A stretch of DNA of 59,394 nucleotides, counting the filler. It is 3 parts of 3 records of this genome, joined end to end, with 100 filler letters (N's around TTAATTAATTAA, not from the genome) between each part and the next. Parts side by side here need not be neighbours in the genome. Positions count along the whole stretch, not along the records: positions 14,513 to 46,373 come from SRR20825019_85; 2 more parts are not named here. One strand, 5' to 3'. The stretch's first letter is position 1, and each line of letters starts with the position of its first letter. Position numbers and translations under genes: made by a program. A model generated the notes under the pieces. It was not told where the DNA came from and searched no databases. It worked only from the letters and a program-made list of their open reading frames with translations. This document shows, in pieces, positions 20,291 through 30,668 of this stretch.

Positions 20291-21080
20291 ATCTACGCTT
20301 TAAGACAATGATGAATTCTTGAACTGCTTCTTCTTCGGCATTCCAAAGATGCGTTGCTGCCAAATGATCTATCGTTCGTGAAGCTTCCTCCATGGATTCA
20401 AAGGTTTCTAATTTTTTGATTGCTTCGCTAAAATCTTCACTTGATCCATCAAACAATTCATTGATAAATCGAAGTCGCTCATTCAGCCCAAGCACACCAA
20501 TTAATGAGGCAATTTTTACCACAGAATAATGTGCCATTGCATCAGCTGGAATTTTTACGGTATTGGCAAAACCGCTCACCGCAGCTGCTGGCTCAACGAT
20601 TTCTGGTTGCGCGATTTCTTCTTCCGCTTCTTCCTCAACAACTGGCTCTTCCATAACGTGAATTGGCGTTTCAACTTCAAAAGTCTCTTCTTCCTCTTCG
20701 CTAGAAGTATCGAATAAAGCGAAATCCAAACTAACCTCTTCCTCCTGTTCTGTTTCGATTTTTTCTTCCTCAACTGGCGCTAATTCTTCCTCCTCTTCTT
20801 CAACAGCAACTTCGCTTTCAACGATTGTCATATCTGCCAACTTAGATTCTGGTTTCACTTTTTGCTCCATCGCTTTGTACCGAAGAATAATGCTTCGCTC
20901 ATGAATTTCTCGTGTGAGTTCCTCCAATTCTGAAAGTTCAGCGATTTCAAGTGAACCATTTTCCATTCGGTTTACCAATTCTTGTATTGATGCTAGTTTG
21001 TCCTTGTAAGTACTCAAAACTTCCATATTTTCTTTAAATCGATTTTTCAACATTCCTCGAAAGTTGCTAACGAACTCCAT
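20283..21080 (-). CDS. Conserved hypothetical protein with acidic linker
   Basis: Glu-rich middle region; C-terminal GLNERLRFINELFDG domain. True start may be downstream. Confidence 0.65.
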   Translation of the reverse strand: MEFVSNFRGMLKNRFKENMEVLSTYKDKLASIQELVNRMENGSLEIAELSELEELTREIHERSIILRYKAMEQKVKPESKLADMTIVESEVAVEEEEEELAPVEEEKIETEQEEEVSLDFALFDTSSEEEEETFEVETPIHVMEEPVVEEEAEEEIAQPEIVEPAAAVSGFANTVKIPADAMAHYSVVKIASLIGVLGLNERLRFINELFDGSSEDFSEAIKKLETFESMEEASRTIDHLAATHLWNAEEEAVQEFIIVLKRRYA

Positions 21081-21203
21081 GTTCTGTCCTGCAAATTAGC
21101 GATTTTCGTTGCTCAAAGTTAATGAAGACTCTACTGATTTTGATTAGTTGCTTGTTGAGTTGTCTTCGTTCTACTGTTGAAAACCTCAAAATCAGTCACA
21201 AGT

Positions 21204-21779
21204 ATGTTTTTAGAACATTTTCCAGAAGAAGGTCGCCCACATGGTTGGATAGAAGTTATTTGTGGATCTATGTTCTCCGGAAAAACAGAAGAATTGATTC
21301 GACGCTTGCGAAGAGCGGAGTTTGCAAATCAGAAATTACTGTTGGTAAAACCGAAAATTGATGATCGCTATCATGAGCAAAATGTGGTGAGTCACCGCGG
21401 AACGAGCTTTGACGCGATTTGTGTTGACTCTGCAAAGGACATTTTGACCATTTGGAAAAAAGAACGCGTTGTGGCCATTGACGAGGCACAATTCTTCGAT
21501 GAGGGAATTACTGAAGTGTGCAATCATTTGGCGGAACATGGCGTGAGAGTGGTGATTGCTGGACTAGACATGGACTACAAAGGAGTTCCGTTTGGACCTA
21601 TGCCGAATCTTTTGGCCATTGCTGAATATGTCACTAAGGTGCATGCCATTTGCGTATCTTGTGGTAACTTAGCACAGTTTTCGCATCGAACGGTGGATGG
21701 AAACTCGCAAGTACTTGTTGGCGCAGTTGATGAGTACAAACCGCTCTGCCGATCATGCTACAATAAGATAGCACATTGA
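21204..21779 (+). CDS. tdk: Thymidine kinase
   Basis: GSMFSGKTEEL, IDEAQFF, AGLDMD, Zn-binding C..C motifs; ATG at 21204 chosen as start. Confidence 0.95.
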   Translation: MFLEHFPEEGRPHGWIEVICGSMFSGKTEELIRRLRRAEFANQKLLLVKPKIDDRYHEQNVVSHRGTSFDAICVDSAKDILTIWKKERVVAIDEAQFFDEGITEVCNHLAEHGVRVVIAGLDMDYKGVPFGPMPNLLAIAEYVTKVHAICVSCGNLAQFSHRTVDGNSQVLVGAVDEYKPLCRSCYNKIAH

Positions 21780-24052
21780 GACTTAATTATAGGTACGACG
21801 AAATTTCAAACAATTTAGGGAATTCCCCAACTACTTCTTCGGAAGAGATTCATGCTATTGCGTATGATTCTCGTGCAATTATCGAAGGTAAACATCTCCT
21901 TTTTTTTGCATTTGACGGTCATTTTAGAAATGGACATGATTTCATATCCGATGCTTACGACAAAGGTGTACGTCATTTTGTGGTGAATCAACATTACACT
22001 TCCACTCTTCCAAATGCGCATTTTATTCGAGTAGAAAATCCATTTCAGGCGCTTCTTGCGTTTGCTCAATATCACCGTGAACAGTTTAGCTATCCAGTTG
22101 TTGGAATTACTGGAAGTAGTGGTAAAACAACGGTAAAGGAATGGTTAAGTGAATTATTGTCCGCCAAAATGAACGTGGTTCGGAGCCCAAAAAGCTACAA
22201 TTCTCGTCTCGGAGTGGCACTTTCACTTTTGGAAATGCACCAAAATGCGGATGTCGCGATCATTGAAACTGGAATCTCAGAACCAGGCGACATGCAATTT
22301 TTGAGAGAAATGATTCAACCGACAGACGGAATTTTCACTTCGTTTGGTCGTGCGCATCGAGCAAATTTCGCCAACGAGGATGAACATCTCAAGGAAAAGC
22401 TCAATTTATTTTCTGGACTAAACACCTTTTTTTATGCTTCGTCAATTGACCGTTCTTTAACGAATGGGGTTGAAGTCAACCCAAAGGATTATAACGAATT
22501 CTTTCATGGATTTTCTGAAGATCTCGTTGTTAGACAAAACGCAAGTCTAGCGATTGCAATGGCCAAGAAATTGGGGATTTCTGATGAAACAATTCTGAGC
22601 TCAATGCAAAAGATCAGACCTTTAGCACTTCGCTTGGAGCTGTTTGACGGAAAAGATAATTCATTGATTATTAATGATTCATACTCGCTAGATTTAGATT
22701 CTTTGCACCATGCGTTACAATTTCAAATCGCGAACTGCAAGGATAAAAAGCGCATTGTTGTACTTGGAATTTCGGCGGCAAATTCTCCCTTGATCCAAGA
22801 TTTAAAAGAAAATGTCGAATCCTATCAACCTTCAGAGTACATCTTGATCAAACAAGGTGAAAAGCTAACGCTAGACGTTGAAAACTGCTGCGTTTTGTTT
22901 AAAGGAGAACGATCGGTTCAATTAGAAAAAATAGCGCATACGTATCGTTTGCACAGGCATCAAACATATTTAGAAATCGATTTAAGCTCGATCCGACATA
23001 ATATCAGCCAGTACAAATCTCAATTAAAGCCCGAAACGAAGATTTTATCTATGGTGAAGGCTTCTTCCTACGGTTCGGACGCGAAGAAAATGGGGCTGTT
23101 TCTTGAAAAACTGGGTGTGAATTATTTTGGCGTGGCTTATCCTTGGGAAGGAATTGAATTGCGACAAAGTGGAGTATCACTGCCCATCTTGGTGATGAAT
23201 TGTGAACCACAAGATTTTGAAAGTTGCATTGAGCATCACCTAGAACCAGCAATTTATTCGCTTGATCAATTGGATGCATTTATTCAGTCTTTGATCTATA
23301 ACGATCTTCATAATTATCCTATTCACATCAAGTTAGAAACTGGAATGCAGCGACTTGGTTTTGAAAAAAAGGAGTTGAATACACTGATCCAAAAAATTCA
23401 TTCTCAGCCCGAAGTTCGTGTGAAAAGCATTTACTCACATCTGGCAGAATCGGACGTGCCTAATTCTGCATTTACAATTTCGCAAATCGAGCTTTTTGAT
23501 CACCTCTCGACACAAATTGCTGATACACTTCCCTATTCTGTTATTCGACATTTGTCCAATTCGGAAGGAGTCGCGAACTATCCAAGCGCACAATTTGACA
23601 TGATTCGTTTGGGGATTGGAATGTATGGAATCACTGGTTCCAAATCGTTCAAAGAAGCGCTGAAACCAGCCATCCGTTGGTACAGCAGTATTTCACAAGT
23701 GAAGGAGTTGAGAAAAGGAACGAGCGTTGGATATAATCGAACGTTTATTGCTGAAGAAGATAAGCAAATTGCCGTAATTCCCGTTGGATATGCGGATGGA
23801 TTGAGTCGTTCTCTTAGTCAAGGAAAAGGAGAAGTTTTCATCAATGACCAGTCGTGCAAAATTGTCGGTAACGTCTGCATGGACATGATTATGGTTGATG
23901 TAACCTCACTGAATGCAAAGGATGGCGATTCAGTTGAAATAATTGGTTTTAATCAACCCATTGAAGATTTAGCGAAAGCGATGGGAACAATTCCCTACGA
24001 AGTAATGACCCGATTCTCGTCAAGATTGCACCGCGTTTTTATCGAGCACTAA
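21776..24052 (+). CDS. alr: Bifunctional MurF-like ligase / alanine racemase
   Basis: N-terminal GITGSSGKTTVKE, SPKSYNS, NDSY; C-terminal MVKASSYG (PLP Lys), ETGMQRLG, PVGYADG, GNVCMDM, TIPYE. Confidence 0.92.
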   Translation: MRLNYRYDEISNNLGNSPTTSSEEIHAIAYDSRAIIEGKHLLFFAFDGHFRNGHDFISDAYDKGVRHFVVNQHYTSTLPNAHFIRVENPFQALLAFAQYHREQFSYPVVGITGSSGKTTVKEWLSELLSAKMNVVRSPKSYNSRLGVALSLLEMHQNADVAIIETGISEPGDMQFLREMIQPTDGIFTSFGRAHRANFANEDEHLKEKLNLFSGLNTFFYASSIDRSLTNGVEVNPKDYNEFFHGFSEDLVVRQNASLAIAMAKKLGISDETILSSMQKIRPLALRLELFDGKDNSLIINDSYSLDLDSLHHALQFQIANCKDKKRIVVLGISAANSPLIQDLKENVESYQPSEYILIKQGEKLTLDVENCCVLFKGERSVQLEKIAHTYRLHRHQTYLEIDLSSIRHNISQYKSQLKPETKILSMVKASSYGSDAKKMGLFLEKLGVNYFGVAYPWEGIELRQSGVSLPILVMNCEPQDFESCIEHHLEPAIYSLDQLDAFIQSLIYNDLHNYPIHIKLETGMQRLGFEKKELNTLIQKIHSQPEVRVKSIYSHLAESDVPNSAFTISQIELFDHLSTQIADTLPYSVIRHLSNSEGVANYPSAQFDMIRLGIGMYGITGSKSFKEALKPAIRWYSSISQVKELRKGTSVGYNRTFIAEEDKQIAVIPVGYADGLSRSLSQGKGEVFINDQSCKIVGNVCMDMIMVDVTSLNAKDGDSVEIIGFNQPIEDLAKAMGTIPYEVMTRFSSRLHRVFIEH

Positions 24053-24501
24053 CCTTTCATGGCTCTTGGGTTAACCATTTTCGTTTCGTCTAGTTCAAAT
24101 TTTTTGGAAAAAATAAAGACCCCGCCTTTCAATTTCCCTACCAAACGAACAGAAACCTCACTTTTGCTCATCAAGCCCATCATTCTAATCATAGAACCTT
24201 TCTCGAGTTCAGCGCGCAAGAGTGCTTCAATATTTGTTTCTCGTTTGGCTTTTAGCTTTACCTTTTTATCTAGGTAGATTTTCCCCATGTATTTTCCATC
24301 TGCGTATAAATCCAGCGCAGAAGGTTTTAGTTTAACACCAAACCAATTTCCATTGTACACCTTTGCTCCAGCTGTAAATGTTAGATTCTGTCCGTCAATT
24401 TTATCGAGCTTAAATTTTTCCTCTCCTCTAAATTCGGGAGCGTGAAGTTTGCAAGAAGTAATGGTGATTCCCAGTAGAATTACTAAAATCCAGTTTTTCA
24501 T
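24049..24501 (-). CDS. LEA type 2 / WHy-domain lipoprotein
   Basis: Lipobox ITSC; V.N.N.F pattern; 150 aa. Confidence 0.65.
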   Translation of the reverse strand: MKNWILVILLGITITSCKLHAPEFRGEEKFKLDKIDGQNLTFTAGAKVYNGNWFGVKLKPSALDLYADGKYMGKIYLDKKVKLKAKRETNIEALLRAELEKGSMIRMMGLMSKSEVSVRLVGKLKGGVFIFSKKFELDETKMVNPRAMKG

Positions 24502-24583
24502 ATTTATGATTTTCGCGTAAAACGAGGTGTAAATGTCGAGATTATATTTCTATTAACGGTAAAAACAGATTTCATTACATTTC

Positions 24584-24619
24584 AAAAAAAATGCCCGTAA
24601 TATAAGATCACGGGCATTT
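24584..24619 (-). terminator. Intrinsic terminator after the dipeptidase
   Basis: AAATGCCCGT / ACGGGCATTT stem with an A-run on the plus strand. Confidence 0.7.
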
Positions 24620-24639
24620 CAATGAGGTTTCCTTCTTTT

Positions 24640-26034
24640 CTATTCTGCGTTCATGTATTTTACAAAAGAATCATAGAAATAAGGAATCGTTTCAATTCCT
24701 CGGTAATAATTAAACAATCCAAAATGCTCATTTGGTGAATGGATCGCGTCACTATCTAAGCCAAATCCCATCAAGATCGTTTTTACCTTTAATTCTTTTT
24801 CGAACATAGCTACAATTGGAATTGAACCACCGCTTCTTACGGGAATTGGCTTTTTACCAAATGTTTTCTCATAAGCGTCGCTTGCTGCGTAGTATCCAAT
24901 AGAATCAATCGGTGTTACTGCTGGCTGTCCACCGTGATGAGGAGTTACTTTAACAACCGTTCCTGCAGGGGCAATTCCTTCAAAATGATTCTTAAACAAA
25001 TCTGTAATCTCTTGCGGATCTTGATCAGGCACTAATCTCATAGAAATCTTAGCATACGCTTTCGATGCAATTACCGTTTTTGCGCCTTCTCCTGTGTATC
25101 CTCCCCAAATTCCATTCACGTCCAACGTTGGGCGAATAGATCCTCTTTCCATTGTTGAGTATGTTGATTCACCATACACATCTTTGATGTCAAGTGCTTT
25201 ACAATATGCTTCTTTACTGAAAGGAGCTTTTGCCATTTCAGCGCGCTCTTCGTCAGATAATTCAACTACTCGGTCGTAAAACCCAGGAATTGTGATATGA
25301 TTATTCTCGTCGTGCAGAGACGCGATCATTTTTGCTAAAATATTAATCGGATTCGCTACACATCCTCCGTACAAACCAGAATGAAGATCTCTATTCGGTC
25401 CTGTTACCTCCACTTCAACATAGCTCAAACCTCTCAAACCAGTTGTAATTGACGGAACATCATTCGCTAACATTCCTGTATCAGAAACCAAAATAACGTC
25501 TGCGCTTAAACGTGCATGATTTTCCTTCACGAAGATTCCGAGGTTTTCGCTTCCTACTTCCTCTTCGCCTTCAATCATAAACTTTACGTTACATGGAAGT
25601 TCATTCGCTTTCACCATTGATTCGAATGCTTTAACGTGCATGTACATTTGACCTTTATCATCGCATGCTCCACGCGCAAAAATTGCTCCCTCAGGATGAA
25701 TCTCAGTTGTCTTAACCACGGGCTCAAAAGGTGGACTTGTCCATAAATCAATTGGATCAGCTGGTTGAACATCATAATGACCATATACCAACACTGTAGG
25801 CAAAGATGCATCAATTATTTTATCAGCATACACAATTGGATATCCTTTTGTTTGACAAATCTCAATATTCTCTGCACCAGCTTCCTTTAAACGTTTTGCT
25901 ACTTCATCTGCGGTTTTCAATACATCTCCAGAAAATGATGGATCAGCAGAAACTGAAGGGATTCTGAGTAAATCAATTAATTCGTTTAGAAATCTATCCT
26001 TATTATCTAGAATATATTGTTGCGTATTCTTCAT
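24640..26034 (-). CDS. M20 family dipeptidase
   Basis: YGHYDVQP, ARGACDDKGQ, EGEEEVGS, DLHSG, HSPNE; ATG at 26034 (MKNTQQY) chosen as start. Confidence 0.93.
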   Translation of the reverse strand: MKNTQQYILDNKDRFLNELIDLLRIPSVSADPSFSGDVLKTADEVAKRLKEAGAENIEICQTKGYPIVYADKIIDASLPTVLVYGHYDVQPADPIDLWTSPPFEPVVKTTEIHPEGAIFARGACDDKGQMYMHVKAFESMVKANELPCNVKFMIEGEEEVGSENLGIFVKENHARLSADVILVSDTGMLANDVPSITTGLRGLSYVEVEVTGPNRDLHSGLYGGCVANPINILAKMIASLHDENNHITIPGFYDRVVELSDEERAEMAKAPFSKEAYCKALDIKDVYGESTYSTMERGSIRPTLDVNGIWGGYTGEGAKTVIASKAYAKISMRLVPDQDPQEITDLFKNHFEGIAPAGTVVKVTPHHGGQPAVTPIDSIGYYAASDAYEKTFGKKPIPVRSGGSIPIVAMFEKELKVKTILMGFGLDSDAIHSPNEHFGLFNYYRGIETIPYFYDSFVKYMNAE

Positions 26035-26165
26035 GAGTTGTTGTTTGATTTTTAACAAAAATCGCAAACATTTTTGAATCTGGGGCAGCATACATACTTT
26101 AATTCCTTCGAATGCAACCATTTTTCTAAATTTAGAGTCTTAAATGGTACAAACTACATTACTGT

Positions 26166-28877
26166 ATGAAAAAGCTCATATTCTTAGTATCCTTCCTAAT
26201 TATATCAATTAGCGGAATAGCCCAAGTTATTACAACGGGCAACACATTAACCCCTGAACAATTAGTAACCCAAATATTGCTTGGACAAGGGGTTACTGCC
26301 TCAAACATTACTTTTAATGGATCAGCTGCGAATGCCTTAGCAATTCAACCAAATGCACTGGACTATACAGCCACTGGATTTCCATTTACAAATGGTGTGT
26401 ATCTTCGTACGCAAGGTGGAGCGTCAGTTGCTTTCGATCCAGATTTGAATGCTATCTCTACAAATACCATCACAAATGGTGCAATTCTTGAATTTGACTT
26501 CGTTCCAACAGGAGATTCTTTGAACTTCAACTATATGTTTGCATCAGTTGAATACCCAACGTATGTTTGTTCGGGCTTTAACGATGTTTTCGGATTCTTT
26601 ATTTCTGGACCTGGTATTTCTGGACCTTATACGAACGGCGCAATAAATATTGCATTGATTCCTGGGACGACTATTCCAGTATCGATTAACACAGTAAACT
26701 CAGGTGTTGCTGGTGGAGCGGGTAACCCAGCTACGTGTGCAGCACAAGATCCAAACTGGGTAGCGAACTCGATCTATTATACTACGGTATATGCCAATTA
26801 TTCGGGTGCAGGCTACAATGGTGGTACCGTTTCTATGCCAGCAGTTGCACAACTTCAATGTGGTCAGTCTTATCATATCAAACTAGCAGTAAGTAACGTA
26901 GGAGATACAGGATTGGATTCAGGTGTATACTTAGAAGGAAATAGCTTCTCTTCGAATGCCATCAATATTGATGTAAATACAGTTGCGGGAGATACCATAA
27001 TATACGAAGGATGTACAGATGCAAACTTTATCTTTTCAAGACCGGGTGATCTAAGTGACACGCTTATAGTGAATTATGACATTACAGGAACAGCTACTTC
27101 AGGAGCTGATTACAATCCATTGATAAATCCTGTGGTATTTCTCCCCGGGGTCGACACTGTAATTATTACGCTCACACCTTTACTTGACGGAATTGTGGAG
27201 CCAGGAGAAACAGTAATTCTTACTGCTTATACTATTAGCCCATGTGGCGATACGCTGGTCTCTCAGGGAACCTTATGGATTCTGGATGAACTCTATTTGC
27301 AAGTCCCCAACTTGGACACCAATTTCCTCTGTCCCACGGATTCCTCCCAAGTCTTTGCGAGTGTCTCTGGCGGAATTGCCCCCTATTCATATATCTGGAC
27401 AGGAAATAGTTCCTCCACAAATAACATTTGGGTAAATACCAATTCTGTCGGAACAATAGATTATTATTTTACAGCTACGGATCTCTGTGGATATACCATA
27501 GATGATACATTAACTGTTACTGTACTTCCGAATTCAATTGTTATTGATTCAATTATTACAACTCCATCAACTGGTTGTGCCGTCGACGGGGCCGTTGCGG
27601 CGTATGCCTCTGGAGCCACACCCACGCAAAATTATTCGTGGACAAGTCCTCAACCGAATGTCCCGGCATCTGTAAACACATCATCATGGAACGGTTTGCT
27701 TCCTGGATGGTATTACTTAACGGTAACAGAAGGGAACTGCGTGATGACGGATAGTACTTTGGTAACTCAATTACCTTCACCCTTAACGATAGACTCACTC
27801 GTTCCTACGGAAAGTTCTCCGTGCTATAACAACGGAGCAGTACAAGCGTTCGTTTCAGGAGCAAACGGTGCGCAACAATACTCTTGGACAAGTCCACAAC
27901 CTAATACTCCTGCATCTGTTAACACAGCATCATGGAATGGTTTGATTCCAGGTTGGTATTACTGTACTGTTACTTACGGAACGTGTACAGAAGTTGATAG
28001 TATTTTGGTAGGAACACTGCCTCAAACATTGCAAGTGAGCAGTGTCGCTGCACAACCTACGAGCAGTTGTATTAATAATGGATCTGTGAGCGCGACAATT
28101 TCTGGAGCAGTTTCTCCACAGTATTTATGGTTGAGCACTGCTGTGAATAACCCTTCGTCTGTTACCACATTAAACTGGAACAATGTTTCTGGTGGATGGT
28201 ACTACTTCCAAGTAACGGATGGTACATGTACGGCAGTAGATAGCATTCAAGTGACGGTTAACCCTGCACCTGTTGCGTCAGCTCTCGGAGCAAATATCTC
28301 AGGATGTGTTCCATTACAAGCTAGCTTTACAAATCTTAGCCAGAATGCAACATCATACGAATGGGATTTTGGAAACTCAAACGTTGTAAACGTGAATAAC
28401 TTAAGTTCTCAAACGCAAACGTTCACTTCTTCAACTACAGTTATGTTAGTTGCTTTTGATGCCAATATGTGTTCGGATACGACTTTTGTAGACGTAGAAG
28501 TAATTCCTTGTGGATGTACTGATCCAAATGCAATCAACTATAACCCATTAGCAATCATTGAAAATGGAAGTTGTATTTATCCAACGCCTATAGTTGTTTG
28601 TCCAAATATATTTACGCCTAACGGTGATAATAACAATGATGTTTTCTTCTTGGATGTGACAAATGCTGTAAAAGTTGAATACACGATTGTGAATAGATGG
28701 GGAAATCTGATTTTCGAAGTTTCTGAAGCTGGACCGAATCCTGCTCCAAAATGGAATGGAGAGGCTAAAAATGGGAAGCCTGTGAACGAAGGAACCTATT
28801 TCGTGAAATACACAGTCACTGGAATTGATGGAACTGAAGTTAGTGGACAAAATTTTGTTCAGGTAGTCTTTGAGTAG
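26166..28877 (+). CDS. Secreted adhesin-like protein: choice-of-anchor L domain, SprB-like repeats, PKD, gliding-motility (type B T9SS) C-terminal domain
   Basis: LEFDFVP..F.Y.FASVEY...FNDVFGFFISGPG, DSGVYL; FTN.S..A.SYEWDFG; PNIFTPNGDNNND...NRWG...WNG...GTYF. Confidence 0.85.
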   Translation: MKKLIFLVSFLIISISGIAQVITTGNTLTPEQLVTQILLGQGVTASNITFNGSAANALAIQPNALDYTATGFPFTNGVYLRTQGGASVAFDPDLNAISTNTITNGAILEFDFVPTGDSLNFNYMFASVEYPTYVCSGFNDVFGFFISGPGISGPYTNGAINIALIPGTTIPVSINTVNSGVAGGAGNPATCAAQDPNWVANSIYYTTVYANYSGAGYNGGTVSMPAVAQLQCGQSYHIKLAVSNVGDTGLDSGVYLEGNSFSSNAINIDVNTVAGDTIIYEGCTDANFIFSRPGDLSDTLIVNYDITGTATSGADYNPLINPVVFLPGVDTVIITLTPLLDGIVEPGETVILTAYTISPCGDTLVSQGTLWILDELYLQVPNLDTNFLCPTDSSQVFASVSGGIAPYSYIWTGNSSSTNNIWVNTNSVGTIDYYFTATDLCGYTIDDTLTVTVLPNSIVIDSIITTPSTGCAVDGAVAAYASGATPTQNYSWTSPQPNVPASVNTSSWNGLLPGWYYLTVTEGNCVMTDSTLVTQLPSPLTIDSLVPTESSPCYNNGAVQAFVSGANGAQQYSWTSPQPNTPASVNTASWNGLIPGWYYCTVTYGTCTEVDSILVGTLPQTLQVSSVAAQPTSSCINNGSVSATISGAVSPQYLWLSTAVNNPSSVTTLNWNNVSGGWYYFQVTDGTCTAVDSIQVTVNPAPVASALGANISGCVPLQASFTNLSQNATSYEWDFGNSNVVNVNNLSSQTQTFTSSTTVMLVAFDANMCSDTTFVDVEVIPCGCTDPNAINYNPLAIIENGSCIYPTPIVVCPNIFTPNGDNNNDVFFLDVTNAVKVEYTIVNRWGNLIFEVSEAGPNPAPKWNGEAKNGKPVNEGTYFVKYTVTGIDGTEVSGQNFVQVVFE

Positions 28878-28900
28878 TGATACTCCAAACTAGAAAAATT

Positions 28901-28928
28901 AAAGCATCTCTATGAGGTGCTTTTTTTA
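28901..28928 (+). terminator. Intrinsic terminator
   Basis: AAAGCATCTC / GAGGTGCTTT stem followed by a T-run. Confidence 0.7.
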
Positions 28929-28964
28929 TGTCCTCATCTCTAGGATATAATTGTTATTGGACAA

Positions 28965-29111
28965 TCTTGGTGGGCTTCGACTCCGCTCAGCCCACCAAGA
29001 CGAACTCTAGAATCGGAAGTAACTTTGAACAAAACCTGGGTTTCGTGAGCCAAAACACACTGTAGCGAATCACGAAGCTAGAAGAGTGGGCTGAGCGGAG
29101 TCGAAGCCCAC
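28965..29111. repeat. REP/MITE-like element with perfect 26-bp inverted repeats
   Basis: GTGGGCTTCGACTCCGCTCAGCCCAC (28970-28995) and its exact reverse complement (29086-29111), between convergent genes. Confidence 0.8.
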
Positions 29112-29134
29112 ACGCTAGAAACGACAACTATTGT

Positions 29135-30334
29135 CTAATAAAGAAAATTATGATAAGGGTATCGCGCTTGGAATATGTCCTTCACTTCTTTGTAAAGAAT
29201 TTCCTTTAGCTCTTCGACATTTTGCTTTTCCTGCGCAGAAATAAACACACATTTCGTATTGTTCAGTTTAGCCATCCACGTTCGTTTCAACTCATCTAAC
29301 GTATAATTGGCAGCTACTTTTGGCGTAAGGTCATCTTCTTCCTTTTCCTCATGCACGTATGCATCCACTTTATTGAAAACGACAATTGCAGGTTTTTCAG
29401 TATCATCTATTTCCGCAAGCGTTTCGTTCACGACATTAAAATGATCTTCAAAGTTTGGGTGCGAAATATCAAGTATGTGAACCAAAACGTCTGCTTCACG
29501 GACTTCGTCCAATGTAGATTTAAACGATTCAACCAATTGATGCGGGAGCTTACGGATAAATCCAACTGTATCTGTGAGTAAAAACGGTAAGTTTTCAATC
29601 ACCACCTTTCGAACAGTGGTATCTAACGTTGCAAATAATTTATTCTCAGCAAACACTTCTGATTTGCTCAATAAGTTCATGATGGTACTCTTTCCAACGT
29701 TCGTATATCCAACCAATGCAACACGCACCAACTGTCCACGATTTCCACGCTGAACCGACATTTGACGGTCAATACTTTCTAACTTTTCTTTGAGCAACGA
29801 AATTTTCTGTTGAATAATCCTTCTATCCGTCTCAATTTGCGTTTCACCTGGTCCACGCATTCCAATTCCTCCTTTTTGGCGTTCAAGGTGAGTCCACAAG
29901 CGCGTCAATCGAGGAAGTAAGTATTGTAATTGGGCAAGTTCAACCTGCGTTTTTGCGTGTGATGTTCGTGCTCTACTAGCGAAAATATCCAGAATAAGAT
30001 TATTCCGATCCAAAACCTTTACTTCCAAAACGCGCTCAATATTTCTCATTTGAGAAGGGCTGAGTTCATCATCAAAAATGACCAACTCAATGTCGTTTTG
30101 TTGAACATAATCTCTTATTTCCTCCAATTTACCGGAGCCAACGTATGTTTTAGAATTCGGTAACTGCATCTTTTGAAAGAATTTATGTACCGTAACAGCA
30201 CCCGCCGTGAGGGCTAAAAATTCCAACTCATCAATATGCTCAATCGCCTGTTCTTCCGTGATGCCAGAGGAAATTACTCCTACTAGCACACATCGCTCTT
30301 CCACTGCGTCCACTAAAACGTGTTCTTCTCTCAT
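29135..30334 (-). CDS. hflX: GTPase HflX
   Basis: GSGKLEE, ILDIFASRA, GPGETQIETDRR, GYTNVGKS, LFATLD, DTVGF, NKVD; ATG at 30334 chosen as start. Confidence 0.96.
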   Translation of the reverse strand: MREEHVLVDAVEERCVLVGVISSGITEEQAIEHIDELEFLALTAGAVTVHKFFQKMQLPNSKTYVGSGKLEEIRDYVQQNDIELVIFDDELSPSQMRNIERVLEVKVLDRNNLILDIFASRARTSHAKTQVELAQLQYLLPRLTRLWTHLERQKGGIGMRGPGETQIETDRRIIQQKISLLKEKLESIDRQMSVQRGNRGQLVRVALVGYTNVGKSTIMNLLSKSEVFAENKLFATLDTTVRKVVIENLPFLLTDTVGFIRKLPHQLVESFKSTLDEVREADVLVHILDISHPNFEDHFNVVNETLAEIDDTEKPAIVVFNKVDAYVHEEKEEDDLTPKVAANYTLDELKRTWMAKLNNTKCVFISAQEKQNVEELKEILYKEVKDIFQARYPYHNFLY

Positions 30335-30335
30335 C

Positions 30336-30668
30336 CTATTTTTCCAACGATTCAGTGTATTCGACAACAGCGTCAATCTCTGAATCTTCTTTAATTAAGT
30401 ATTCAAACGGAGGCATTCCGTTTCTTCCTTTAAGTATTATTTGTTTGATCTCTTCCGTTCCAAGTTTGGTTTGAGTTAGATCGAATGCACCCGATGTGCC
30501 AAGCTTGCCATCTGTACCGTGACAGGCTGCACAATTATTCAAATAAAGCATTTCTCCATCTGGAGGCATCACTTCTTCGTTCGGTATTTCTCGCTCTGAA
30601 CTAACGGTCTCTGTACACGCCGACAATGTTATCAGCGCCAGACAAATGGGAATCAGTCTTAAAACCAT
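30336..30668 (-). CDS. Monoheme cytochrome c lipoprotein
   Basis: Lipobox LSAC; CAACHG heme motif; GRNGMPPF axial Met. Confidence 0.88.
   Translation of the reverse strand: MVLRLIPICLALITLSACTETVSSEREIPNEEVMPPDGEMLYLNNCAACHGTDGKLGTSGAFDLTQTKLGTEEIKQIILKGRNGMPPFEYLIKEDSEIDAVVEYTESLEK

Noticed and set aside
28965-29111. CRISPR array or tRNA fragment (TTCGACTCC resembles a T-loop)
   Set aside because: Only two units, in inverted orientation; no cas genes and no cloverleaf
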